Shown: positions 8,218 through 17,263 of the stretch, piece by piece
Numbering within the stretch: position 1 is the stretch's first letter
How the letters are laid out: every line of letters begins with the position of its first letter
Notes under the pieces: generated by a model
What the model saw: only the letters and a program-made list of their open reading frames with translations
What the model was told of the DNA's origin: nothing
Database searches by the model: none
Program-made: the position numbers and the translations under genes
Origin: a virus
IMG/VR virus record: IMGVR_UViG_3300032020_001000
Span: 1-64,000 of that record
Strand: one strand, 5' to 3'
DNA: 64,000 nucleotides

Positions 8218-10178
8218 CGATGAGCGAGGGCATATACATCGCGGAATCCAGGTACCCCGAGCGCGAGATCCCCAAGGCGGCGGGCATGCGGTGGAATGCG
8301 ACCGCGCAGCGGTGGCAAACTACCGACTGGCGCATTGCGCTCAAGCTGGCCGAGTACTGCGATGACGCAGCCCGGGCGGCCATCGAGGCCGGACAGCAGG
8401 CGGAGGCCGATAGCAGAGAGGCAAGCCGCGCGACGGACGCCGAGATCGAAATCCCAGCGCCGGGGGGCCTCGAGTATATGCCCTTCCAGATGGCGGGGAT
8501 CGCATATGCGCTTGCGCGAGAGACCACACTGATCGGGGACGAGATGGGCCTTGGGAAGACGGTCGAGGCGCTCGGCGTGGTCAATGCGCGCGAGGACATC
8601 CGGCGCGTTCTCATCATCTGCCCCGCCTCGCTGCGCATCAACTGGCGTCGGGAGGCGGAGCGATGGCTCACGCGCCGCATGAGCGTGGAGATTGCCGACA
8701 GCGGCGAGCTGCCCGCCGCCGACGTGACCATCATCAACTATGACATCCTGCACCGCCATGAGATCTCGCTGCGCGCCCGCGCCTGGGACTTACTGATCGT
8801 GGACGAGTGTCACTACCTGAAGAACCCGAAGGCGCGACGGACGCAGGAAGTATTCGGGCATTGGGACCGCGATCCTGACAAGCGGATCGCGCCGATCCCG
8901 GCGCGGCGCCGGCTCTACCTCACCGGGACGCCGATCGTGAACCGGCCTATCGAGCTGTGGCCGATACTGAGGAGCGTCGGGTGGCGGAACTGGCGCGATT
9001 TCGTCGTGCGCTACTGCGCGGGCTATCAGGATAAGTATGGTTGGAAAGTTGATGGCGCCTCCCACCTCGAGGAGCTGCAGGATAAGCTCCGCAGCACGAT
9101 CATGGTGCGGCGGCTGAAGCGGGACGTGCTCGCCGAACTCCCGGCGAAGCGGCGCCAGGTGATCGAGCTGCCGGCGAACGGCGCGGAGGCCGTGGTGCAG
9201 GCAGAGGCGGACGCGTGGGCTACGCAGCGCGATCGCCTCGAGGCACTGCAGGCCGCCGTCGAGATGGCTAAGGCGTCGGAATCCGATGAGGACTACCGGG
9301 CCGCGGTCGAGGCGCTGCGCGAGGGCATGCAGGTCGCGTTCACGGAGATGGCGCGACTGCGGCATGAGACGGCGCTGGCCAAGGTGCCATATGTCATCGA
9401 GCATCTGTGCGAGGCCGTAGATAGCAGCGGACGCGTGGTCTGCTACGCCCACCACCACGACGTCATTGCAGCCATCAGGGCCGGGCTAACCGAGGCCGGC
9501 ATCGAGTCGGTGGCGCTGACCGGCGAGATGGGGATGATGCAGCGGCAGGAGAGCGTGGATTGCTTCCAGGCCGAGGACGGGCCGGCCGTGTTCGTTGGCA
9601 GCATCCAGGCCGCGGGCCTCGGGATCACGCTGACCGCGGCGAGCCACGTGGTGTTCGCGGAACTGGACTGGGTCCCCGGCAACATGAGCCAGGCCGAGGA
9701 TCGCCTCCACCGCATCGGGCAGCGCGAATCCGTGCTCGTCCAGCACCTGGTGCTCGAGGGGTCGCTCGACGCCGAGATAGCCCGGCGGCTGGTGGAGAAG
9801 CAGGCGGTGATCGACCGGGCGCTCGACCGGCCGGGCGAGGCGGCGGCGATCGAGCCGGGCTGGGGCACGCTCATCAGCATTGGCGACGCCAGCACGCGGC
9901 GGGACAGCCGGGCCGAGATTGAGGAGCAAGCGGAAAACATTTCCGCACATGAGATCGAGGCCATCCACGCGCAGTTGCGGATGCTGGCCGGGATGTGCGA
10001 TGGCGCGCAGCGCCTCGACGGCGCCGGCTTCAGTCGCTACGATGCGCCGACCGGGCATCGGCTCGCGGCGCTGCCGACGCTGACGCCGAGGCAGGCGGCG
10101 CTGGGCAGACGGATGGTATGCACCTACCGAGCGCAACTGGAGGCGGCTGGATTTCGGGGCGGCGAGAAGGGAGCATGA
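8208..10178 (+). CDS. SNF2-family (HARP-like) helicase
   Basis: GDEMGLGKT, VDECH, LTGTP, GLGITLTAA and QAEDRLHRIGQ. Confidence 0.93.
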   Translation: MQVTMSEGIYIAESRYPEREIPKAAGMRWNATAQRWQTTDWRIALKLAEYCDDAARAAIEAGQQAEADSREASRATDAEIEIPAPGGLEYMPFQMAGIAYALARETTLIGDEMGLGKTVEALGVVNAREDIRRVLIICPASLRINWRREAERWLTRRMSVEIADSGELPAADVTIINYDILHRHEISLRARAWDLLIVDECHYLKNPKARRTQEVFGHWDRDPDKRIAPIPARRRLYLTGTPIVNRPIELWPILRSVGWRNWRDFVVRYCAGYQDKYGWKVDGASHLEELQDKLRSTIMVRRLKRDVLAELPAKRRQVIELPANGAEAVVQAEADAWATQRDRLEALQAAVEMAKASESDEDYRAAVEALREGMQVAFTEMARLRHETALAKVPYVIEHLCEAVDSSGRVVCYAHHHDVIAAIRAGLTEAGIESVALTGEMGMMQRQESVDCFQAEDGPAVFVGSIQAAGLGITLTAASHVVFAELDWVPGNMSQAEDRLHRIGQRESVLVQHLVLEGSLDAEIARRLVEKQAVIDRALDRPGEAAAIEPGWGTLISIGDASTRRDSRAEIEEQAENISAHEIEAIHAQLRMLAGMCDGAQRLDGAGFSRYDAPTGHRLAALPTLTPRQAALGRRMVCTYRAQLEAAGFRGGEKGA

Positions 10179-10744
10179 TGATGCGAGAGACCAGGGACGA
10201 GACGATCCGCAGGCGGTTCTGGGCCAAGGTCAACAAGGGGCCAGATTGCTGGATCTGGCGGGCGGGACGGACTGGTCCCTTCGGTCAGATGAGAGACGAG
10301 AATCAGCGGCGTGTGGTCGCTCACCGCTTGGCCTATCGCATGGAGATCGGCGATATCCCCGCGGGCATGTGCGTGGTTCGGACGTGCAAGAATCCCCTAT
10401 GCGTCAGGCCCGCCCATTTGCGGTTGGCGTCGGAGAGGGATGCCACGCTAGATGGAGCCGTGCGAGCCTCGAGGGAGTACCGCGCACGAATCGCAGCGCT
10501 GATAGGGGTGGCACCCCGGAGTAGGCCTCGCATCCTGCCTCGGCGGGGGCCGCTTGGGAAGCGCACCTATCTGCATCGGGCCGGATTCAGTGACGAGGAC
10601 ATTCTGCGCACCTATGCGGGCAGTCAGGGCCTGCGAGATGCAGCAATTACCTTGGCAAGCAGGTCGGGGGTTACGATCTCCTGGAGCGCGCTGGCTGGGC
10701 TCGTGCGTCAGATCGCGGCCGAGCGCGTCGGGGGCGCGGGATGA
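10175..10744 (+). CDS. HNH-like endonuclease with an apparently degenerate active site
   Basis: RFWAKV..CWIW..AHRLAY..VVRTCKNPLCVRPAHL; the usual His and Asn are replaced. Confidence 0.7.
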   Translation: MMMRETRDETIRRRFWAKVNKGPDCWIWRAGRTGPFGQMRDENQRRVVAHRLAYRMEIGDIPAGMCVVRTCKNPLCVRPAHLRLASERDATLDGAVRASREYRARIAALIGVAPRSRPRILPRRGPLGKRTYLHRAGFSDEDILRTYAGSQGLRDAAITLASRSGVTISWSALAGLVRQIAAERVGGAG

Positions 10745-10873
10745 CGCGCCAAGGCACACACGGCGGGACCCTGTGCGGCTGTGTGCGGTTCCCCGGGGTG
10801 GGGACGGCCGCAGGTAGCACTGGGCAGGGAACGGCGCACACGCAGGCAGACAGGGGGCATTTCGTGCGGCGCT

Positions 10874-10982
10874 GCGCACGGCCGTTCGCTGCCCGGCGGC
10901 CCGAAAAGACAGTTCGGCCCGCGCGAGAACAGGCGCCCACGCCGGTTGACTTTGCCTGTCGTTGTGGTAACATCCGACTGTC
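10874..10982 (+). promoter_or_regulatory. Early promoter element, copy 2
   Basis: GCGCACGGCCGTTCGCTG box; TTGACT(10946)-16-TAACAT(10968) with TGTGG extension. Confidence 0.7.
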
Positions 10983-11018
10983 CGACAGGGCGGGCGGGAG
11001 CCCAGAGAGGAGCGGACG

Positions 11019-11417
11019 ATGAGGATGCCGAGACTGAGACTGGAGAACCTCGAGGGAGAGGAGCTCGAGGTCGCGCGGTTGATCACCCGCAGCAACGGCA
11101 GCCTGCGCGCGAGCAAGCCGGACCTGCGCAAGGGCGATGAGCACCGGCGCGCAGCCTACGTCTGGAGGATGGTGGCCTTCAGCGTCTCGCCGATCCGCGC
11201 GCATCACTGCATGCCGGTCTGTGCAGAGTTCTACCTGCCGACCCGCTGCGGCGAGGAGGGGCACCGCGAGCTGGTCAAGCACCTCGATGACATCGCCAAC
11301 GCCATCGTCAATACCGTGCCGAAGGCCGAGTGGCATGGGGTCATCCGGTGGGGGCAGGCATTCGGCATGATTGGGAGGCCGCGCTACAACGAGGAGGGCG
11401 CGGTCATCTACCGCTGA
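11019..11417 (+). CDS. Hypothetical protein
   Basis: GAGGAG RBS; first gene after the promoter. Confidence 0.7.
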   Translation: MRMPRLRLENLEGEELEVARLITRSNGSLRASKPDLRKGDEHRRAAYVWRMVAFSVSPIRAHHCMPVCAEFYLPTRCGEEGHRELVKHLDDIANAIVNTVPKAEWHGVIRWGQAFGMIGRPRYNEEGAVIYR

Positions 11418-11501
11418 GAACCGCCGGCACCGCGCCGGCCCCACCGCCTGGAGACGGACGGCGGGGCGGGCGCGACGCCCGAGGAGGGGACGGGAACGCA
11501 G

Positions 11502-11810
11502 ATGAGACAGATGAGCCAGATGACGATGCGAGCGGCGGCAGCCGCGCAGGAGAAACGGCGTCGGCAGCGGGCAACCATCAAGTGCGGGGAACACACGGGA
11601 CAGCTCGTGGCGCGCTGGACGTCCAGCGTCTGCGAGATGCGCGTCTACCACTTCCCCACGCACGACCAGCCCTGGTGGGTGACCGATGACCTGCCGCAGG
11701 TCTATCGCAAGTGCGCATCCCGCGAGGAGGCCGAACGCGCCGCCCAGGAACTCCTGCGGTCTGCGACCCTGGACATCCTCCATCAGCCCGAGTGCATTCA
11801 AGGCATCTGA
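11502..11810 (+). CDS. Hypothetical protein
   Basis: Co-directional ORF with a purine-rich leader. Confidence 0.55.
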   Translation: MRQMSQMTMRAAAAAQEKRRRQRATIKCGEHTGQLVARWTSSVCEMRVYHFPTHDQPWWVTDDLPQVYRKCASREEAERAAQELLRSATLDILHQPECIQGI

Positions 11811-11823
11811 AGATGGGCGAACT

Positions 11824-11849
11824 AGCCCCGCAGCCTGCGGGCAGGGGCG
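11824..11849 (+). repeat. Intergenic hairpin repeat AGCCCCGCAGCC-n-GGGCAGGGGCG, copy 1 (others at 12041-12068 and 13362-13392)
   Basis: Three copies, each immediately before an RBS and ATG. Confidence 0.8.
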
Positions 11850-11862
11850 GGAGGAGACGAGG

Positions 11863-12042
11863 ATGACAGTAGGTGACATGCGGAAGAAGTTCGTAGCCGA
11901 CTGCATGACTAGCGCCCTATTCCGCACGGCGTTAATGCACGTTGGCTTACCCGAAGCGCCGGATGACACGGAACTGAGCGAGCAACAAGCAGCGGCAATC
12001 AAGGAGGCAATACAACGAGAGTATGCGGCGTGGAAGGACTAG
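11863..12042 (+). CDS. Small hypothetical protein
   Basis: GGAGGAG RBS after the repeat. Confidence 0.6.
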   Translation: MTVGDMRKKFVADCMTSALFRTALMHVGLPEAPDDTELSEQQAAAIKEAIQREYAAWKD

Positions 12043-12082
12043 CCCCGCAGCCCGGACGGGCAGGGGCGCAGGAGGAAGTGAG

Positions 12083-12259
12083 ATGAAGTCCTGGGTCGTC
12101 ACAGTGTATAACCCGGGCGCATGGCCGAAGCGAGAGGCGATGTATTCCTGCACAGTCCTGGCCAATACCAGAGCCGAGGCACGCCTAGCAGGCATTGTTG
12201 AGCTCAGGCACAAGGCGGGAGGCAGGCCGATCACGGTAAGACCACTGCCCCAGAGCTAG
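12083..12259 (+). CDS. Small hypothetical protein
   Basis: AGGAGG RBS after the repeat. Confidence 0.6.
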   Translation: MKSWVVTVYNPGAWPKREAMYSCTVLANTRAEARLAGIVELRHKAGGRPITVRPLPQS

Positions 12260-12383
12260 TGAATGCCCAGTATATCGGCCAAGGGTGACCGCCGAACTAG
12301 CTGCCCTGGCGCCGACAGAGGCGCCCAGAACTGGCGCCGGGGCAGCAGGTGCGGCAGCCAGCCGCAGGCAGGAGGTGAGCAAC

Positions 12384-12797
12384 GTGAGTGAGCCGGTCAA
12401 AATGGACGACTACGGGCTGATAGATGAGTCCGGGGTGCCCATCTACTGCGTGAACGATCCGTGCGAGTCGCAGGCGCTGTCCTACCGGGGGCGCGTAGGC
12501 GGCGAACCCATCGCGCTGTGTTTGACCTGCGGCCAGGCTTACGACCTGGCCGACGGCAGCCCGAAGCGCGTGTGGGTAGTGGTGGCGGAATACGGCGGCA
12601 TCGTGGATGACGCCCTCGCCTTCGCCACCGAGGACGAGGCGGAGGCACAGGCACAGACCCTGCGCGCCCAGGACCTCTTCAACGAGCAGGAGGACAGCAT
12701 CAGCGTTTGGGACGTGCTGGTGGGCCTGCAGAGCCAGCAGGATGACGAGGTGCTGATCTGCCCGAACGGGGCGAAGGTTCCTCTGGACACCTTGTGA
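12384..12797 (+). CDS. Acidic hypothetical protein with Cys pairs
   Basis: AGGAGGT RBS, GTG start. Confidence 0.6.
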   Translation: MSEPVKMDDYGLIDESGVPIYCVNDPCESQALSYRGRVGGEPIALCLTCGQAYDLADGSPKRVWVVVAEYGGIVDDALAFATEDEAEAQAQTLRAQDLFNEQEDSISVWDVLVGLQSQQDDEVLICPNGAKVPLDTL

Positions 12798-12873
12798 GCA
12801 GCCCCGGTGTCTGGCGGTGGGCGACCGCCGCCAGGCGCAGCGAGCTGCTCGCTGAGAAAGGCGGTGGCGAGCC

Positions 12874-13335
12874 ATGACAACGGGAGTCTCTTGGTTCGAT
12901 CAACAGCAGCCCTTTGAGCGCGTAGAGGACAAGGCGTTGAACGCGGTGGCATTGTGGCTCGACAGCGCTGGATACCCGGACGCGGCGGCTGCGGTTGCGG
13001 CGGAGGTACATCACCGCGCACATGAGTGGTTCGAGACTCTGCAGCGCCAACCGCAGCGCACCCGCTATCTGTATTATCGCCGCCCCGGGCGCGGCAGCAA
13101 ATGGGCGAAGCATCGCCCGGCCTGCCCGGAGTGCGGCGGCGGGGCGGCGGAACTGAAGCAGAGCGGCTGGAGCATGGGGCTGCGCGCCGGAATGAAGTGT
13201 GAGCAACTGACGGCGCGCTGTGCGAATGGCCATCTCTACCAGTTCGAGGCGTACAGCAAGCCCGACAAGCAAGCGCGCAGCGAAGACAAGATGGTACGCG
13301 GACTGAATCGCGCTGTTGCCAAGGTGTTCCGATAA
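12874..13335 (+). CDS. Hypothetical Zn-ribbon protein
   Basis: CPECGG...CANGH. Confidence 0.55.
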   Translation: MTTGVSWFDQQQPFERVEDKALNAVALWLDSAGYPDAAAAVAAEVHHRAHEWFETLQRQPQRTRYLYYRRPGRGSKWAKHRPACPECGGGAAELKQSGWSMGLRAGMKCEQLTARCANGHLYQFEAYSKPDKQARSEDKMVRGLNRAVAKVFR

Positions 13336-13409
13336 GCAACCAGAACCGGGACGGAGCGATCAGCCCCGCAGCCCCCGCCGGGGGCAGGGGCGGAACGGAG
13401 AGGACGAGC

Positions 13410-14138
13410 ATGACAGAGACGACGCTGAGGAGAGAGGCGAAAGCGAAGCGCGGTTGCGGCTATCGCAAAGCCGGCGCCCTGTATCTCGTGAGCGATGGGC
13501 CAGCCCACGAGTGCGGGTTGCTGCCGCGCGAGCTGACAGTGTGCCCCTGCTGCAACGCGGGGGTGCACCAGAAAATCGGGTGGTCCTGGGCGCAGGCGCG
13601 CATGGTGCTGCGGGCCGAGGACGTCCACGGCTGCGGCCAGGGATGCGACGCGCTGTGCGGCATGCGCGGCATGGCGCATGACCTCGAGCGGAAGATGGGA
13701 CTGATCTGGGTCGGCGCGAAGTACTACCCGACCCCCGCCGACTTCGTGCGCGAGGGCCTGGAGATGGGCATCTCCCGACGCGTCGCGGCCGTGCCCAAGG
13801 GCTTCCTGCTCGGCGAGACTTGGGTGCTGCTCGCACATCCGCTGGCGATTGAGTGCCTCCTCTGCGTGGGCGGCAAGGTCAACGCGATCGAGCCCGGAGC
13901 CGAGCCGGTAGACTGCGAGGCGTGCCGGGCCAAGGGCAAGCGCGCCGGCGTGTTCGGTCTGTTCCGGCCCACCCGCATCGAGCAGATCATCACCGAGACC
14001 CAGAGCCGGGACCCGGAGCTGCTCGAGCGCCTCGGCAAGCGCGGCATCACGCCGGTCGTGGTGGCCGACGGCGACCCCGACCATATCCCTGGCGAGGCCG
14101 CAGGGGACTCCGAAGATGGCACCGAAAATGAGGCTTGA
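13410..14138 (+). CDS. Cys-rich hypothetical phage protein
   Basis: KRGCGYRKAGALYLV, multiple CxxC, YYPTPADFVREG..MGISRRV. Confidence 0.7.
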   Translation: MTETTLRREAKAKRGCGYRKAGALYLVSDGPAHECGLLPRELTVCPCCNAGVHQKIGWSWAQARMVLRAEDVHGCGQGCDALCGMRGMAHDLERKMGLIWVGAKYYPTPADFVREGLEMGISRRVAAVPKGFLLGETWVLLAHPLAIECLLCVGGKVNAIEPGAEPVDCEACRAKGKRAGVFGLFRPTRIEQIITETQSRDPELLERLGKRGITPVVVADGDPDHIPGEAAGDSEDGTENEA

Positions 14139-14163
14139 CAATCCCGCGGCCAGGGCTTATCAT
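14135..14163 (+). promoter_or_regulatory. Sigma70-type promoter
   Basis: TTGACA-17-TATCAT. Confidence 0.65.
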
Positions 14164-14199
14164 GCCCTTGCCAGGGGCCTCCTTGGCAGAGGAGAGACG

Positions 14200-14577
14200 A
14201 TGGGAATGGACCCTCGCGCCGCCGACAGCACGGTGGACATCCACGACCTCATCGAGTCGTTGACCCGCGCCATCGCCGCCTGCCCCGGGTATGAGGTCGA
14301 CGACAAGACGGGCGGCCCCGCTGCGCTCGAGTTCGCACTCCACCGCGCCATACAGCACTGGGATCGCGGCCAGTCGCCTCGCTCCACCGGAGAGGTGGTA
14401 TGCGGGGTGGCTGCCGATCTAGGAGTGAGCGCTGCGCAGGCGCGCGAGCTCGCGGCCGCCATCGAGCATGGACTGGATGCGGTTGGCGACGATGCCGCGG
14501 CGGGGCGCCAATGGCTGCGCGCGATCAGGGGTTACGCCCGCGCCGCTGCCCGGGAGGTGGCGAGTGAACAGCGTTAG
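14200..14577 (+). CDS. Hypothetical protein
   Basis: GAGGAG RBS downstream of the promoter. Confidence 0.6.
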   Translation: MGMDPRAADSTVDIHDLIESLTRAIAACPGYEVDDKTGGPAALEFALHRAIQHWDRGQSPRSTGEVVCGVAADLGVSAAQARELAAAIEHGLDAVGDDAAAGRQWLRAIRGYARAAAREVASEQR

Positions 14578-15112
14578 CCGGTTGGCGATCGCGATAGTGG
14601 CCATAACCATCGTTGTCGCCGTGGTGCTGCCGAACAGGCGGCCGCCGCCAGAGGACCGGACGCCATCGCTGGCCCCAGGCGAAGATGGTGTGCGCCGCGC
14701 TGCCGAACTCCGCGATGCAGAAGCCGAGCTGATCCAAGCGCGGCGGGCCGCGGCGGATACAGAGGGCCGGCCGCCCCACTTACAACCCTCGCCGGCCGTT
14801 ACCACATCGCCGACGGGGGGGGATGATGGCGTGGCGGCATATCTGGATCGCCTCATGGCCGTCCCAGCCACGAGGAAGTACATCATGCGGATTCACCGGC
14901 CCGATCCCGGACTGCCACTGGTCTATGTGGACTGCAAGGAGGGCGTGCCCGATTGGCAGATCGAGGAGATCGTGCGCGTCATCACCAAGGGGGTGCACGA
15001 GAATTCGGAGACGGGCACCGCCACCGTGATAGCCCAGGTGGACGGGATCACCATGGTGCAGGGTGAGTACAAGATCTTCAGCGGGGCCATCGAGGTGAAG
15101 AGCCTGCGGTAG
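14564..15112 (+). CDS. Membrane-anchored protein (moron-like)
   Basis: N-terminal TM helix LAIAIVAITIVVAVVL; GGAGGT RBS. Confidence 0.6.
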   Translation: MNSVSRLAIAIVAITIVVAVVLPNRRPPPEDRTPSLAPGEDGVRRAAELRDAEAELIQARRAAADTEGRPPHLQPSPAVTTSPTGGDDGVAAYLDRLMAVPATRKYIMRIHRPDPGLPLVYVDCKEGVPDWQIEEIVRVITKGVHENSETGTATVIAQVDGITMVQGEYKIFSGAIEVKSLR

Positions 15113-15128
15113 GGCGCCAAAATAGAGC

Positions 15129-15158
15129 TTGACAGCCCCCGGGGCATTGTGGTAACGT
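15129..15158 (+). promoter_or_regulatory. Promoter reading across attP toward the integrase
   Basis: TTGACA-18-TAACGT with TGTGG extension. Confidence 0.55.
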
Positions 15159-15334
15159 ACCAATCAGACTGCTAGAGGCAAGCCGAGTGACCGCTTACTC
15201 ACCAACCAGGGAGGCATTCACACCGAGCGCCGCGAGTTCGTCGGGGCCGGCCCCCCCCGCAGGCTTGTCTCTAGCAGGATTCGCCTTCGCAGGATCGGGC
15301 CGGCCCTGGCGGCCCAAGGAGCAAACCGCACAGC

Positions 15335-15378
15335 TCGGGAGCAGGAGGTCGGCGGTTCAAATCCGCCCGCCCCGACCA
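15335..15378 (+). other. attP core: 3' half of tRNA-Pro(CGG)
   Basis: TCGGGAGCAGGAGGTCGGCGGTTCAAATCCGCCCGCCCCGACCA contains the anticodon loop, T-arm and CCA; no 5' half; next to the integrase. Confidence 0.85.
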
Positions 15379-15546
15379 GCCTCATCTAACCCCTTCATGG
15401 CGGGATATCACCCGCATCCCAGTTTTCGGCCTCGCATCGGGCACAGAACCGCCCCGTACCTCGCAGTCCTGATACTCAATCTCCATCTTGCCGCCGGGCG
15501 CGGAATGACCCTATTGGGAGCAAACTGCCGACCTTGCGGAGGAGAC

Positions 15547-16476
15547 ATGGAGAACCTTGACCACGTAGTCCAGTTCTTGCGATGCGAGCAGGCGGCGAAG
15601 GCGCCGGCCACGGTGCGGAACCGCCTGCGGGCCCTCGAGCGGTATGACCGCTGGTTGTCAGGCCGCGACGGCACCACCGGAGCAACCGCCACCAAACTGG
15701 ACCTGGCCGAATATGTGGCTGACTTGCGCGAGCATTATCCGCCCGCCCACGTCAACATCCACGTCTCGGCCCTGCGCGTCTATTACCGCTGGCTGGCCGA
15801 CATCGAAGCGCGCCGAGACAATCCTGCCCACGGCCTGCGGTACCTGGCCGCCCAATCCCGGCCCACGGCCAGCCTCGCGTCGGATGAGGTACATGCGCTG
15901 CTGCGATTTGCCTCGCGGGCGCGGGCAGCGCGTTTCGGAACCCACCGCGCGGCCGTGCTCGTCTTGGTGCTCGTCGATAGCGGCATGCGCATCGGAGAGG
16001 CGCTCCGGCTGCGCATGATGGATGTGAATCTCCTCGAGAACCACATTCTCATCACCGCAACGAAGACGCGGTCAGTTCGCCTCGCCCCGATCTCGCCCAC
16101 GCTGCGGCCGCACCTTCTGGCGTACCTCAAGCGGCGCAGCGAGCACCTGCGCGCCCGACATCTGGGGGATTGCGGCGCCCTATTTGTGAGCGAGCAGGGA
16201 TGCCCCTGGCCGGTCAACGGAGCCGAGCGCGGCTGCCGCACGGTGGCGAGCCTGGCGGGACTGACGAGGCGGCTACATCCACACTTGCTGCGCCACACCT
16301 GGGCGACCCTGAGCCTCATCAATGGCGCGCCGATGCCGGCGGTGATGATGCTCGGCGGGTGGCGCAAACTGGCGACGGTGCAGCGCTACACGCAGATGAG
16401 CGCGCGCCAATTGGCCGACGTGCAAGCATCCAGTTCGCCGCTGGGACGCGCGAGCCAACTGCGGCTGATCGCGTAG
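15547..16476 (+). CDS. int: Tyrosine integrase/recombinase
   Basis: SGMRIGE (R), HLLRHTWAT (HxxR), LGGW and TVQRY (Y); SAM-like N-terminal domain; GGAGGAG RBS. Confidence 0.92.
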   Translation: MENLDHVVQFLRCEQAAKAPATVRNRLRALERYDRWLSGRDGTTGATATKLDLAEYVADLREHYPPAHVNIHVSALRVYYRWLADIEARRDNPAHGLRYLAAQSRPTASLASDEVHALLRFASRARAARFGTHRAAVLVLVLVDSGMRIGEALRLRMMDVNLLENHILITATKTRSVRLAPISPTLRPHLLAYLKRRSEHLRARHLGDCGALFVSEQGCPWPVNGAERGCRTVASLAGLTRRLHPHLLRHTWATLSLINGAPMPAVMMLGGWRKLATVQRYTQMSARQLADVQASSSPLGRASQLRLIA

Positions 16477-16898
16477 AGGGAGAGATCGATGAACCTGTGG
16501 ATGAGCCGTGACGAGTATGAGGCGACGATGGTCGCCAGCCAGCGTGAGGCGCGCCTCTTCCGGTGCCTGTTGCTGGCATTTGCGGGGCTGCTGATGGTGG
16601 ATGTGTTGGCGCGCGGGCTGGCGCGCGCGGTGGGTTGGCTCCCCTGATCAAACACCGCGGCGCAGAGCGCCGGAAAGGGGGTCGGAATCGATGTCGCAGA
16701 GGGGTGCGACAATGATGACGGACGCGCAGCGCGCGTTCCGGGCGGGGCGCGGGGCCCCCCTCGCCGGTCATCTGGAACTGGCCGGTGGCCCGCGCCCCCC
16801 AAAATCAATGGCCCCGGGGGCGCTATCCTCGGGGCCATCAGTACCGGAGCCTCTCGTGCTCGGTGGTTTGGCTCAAGTATAACCCGCGAGAGGTCTCC

Positions 16899-17067
16899 TG
16901 ATAGCTCAACGAGGTCGCGAAGAGGTGATGGCACAGATGGATCAAGCAAGGCCGGCAGTTCCGACTGCCGGGCCCCGGGCGCCTGTACGCCCGCACGCCG
17001 ACGGAGCGCAGGAGAGGCGGGAATCCTGTGCCGGTCTCGGCAATTGGCCGGAGAAAAATGAGGCTAC
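16899..17067 (+). ncRNA. Orphan copy of the putative guide-RNA scaffold (3' end of the tnpB/cas12f-like gene)
   Basis: Matches 32091-32259 except for 8 substitutions, several of which preserve hairpin pairing. Confidence 0.6.
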
Positions 17068-17235
17068 GGTCTAGTGGGGCGCGCATTCACGGCCAACTAC
17101 AGGCAGGCGGCCCCTGTGCGCTCGTGCCCCTGGGGTGTAGTGGGGCGCGCATTCACGGCCAACTACAGGCGCTCGCTCGCATAGGACGCGTTCTCAACCG
17201 CTGTAGTGGGGCGCGCATTCACGGCCAACTACAGG
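17068..17235 (+). CRISPR. Mini CRISPR array, copy A (three 36-nt repeats, two 30-nt spacers)
   Basis: Repeat GSTSTAGTGGGGCGCGCATTCACGGCCAACTACAGG at 17068, 17134 and 17200; identical to 32260-32427. Confidence 0.88.
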
Positions 17236-17263
17236 GCCAACTACAGGGAGAGGAGACGATGAG

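Noticed and set aside
15335-15378. Complete tRNA gene
   Set aside because: There is no D-arm or 5' acceptor strand upstream; treated as an att core.
15187-15546. N-terminal extension of the integrase ORF
   Set aside because: It runs through attP and has low-complexity translation; a strong RBS precedes ATG 15547.
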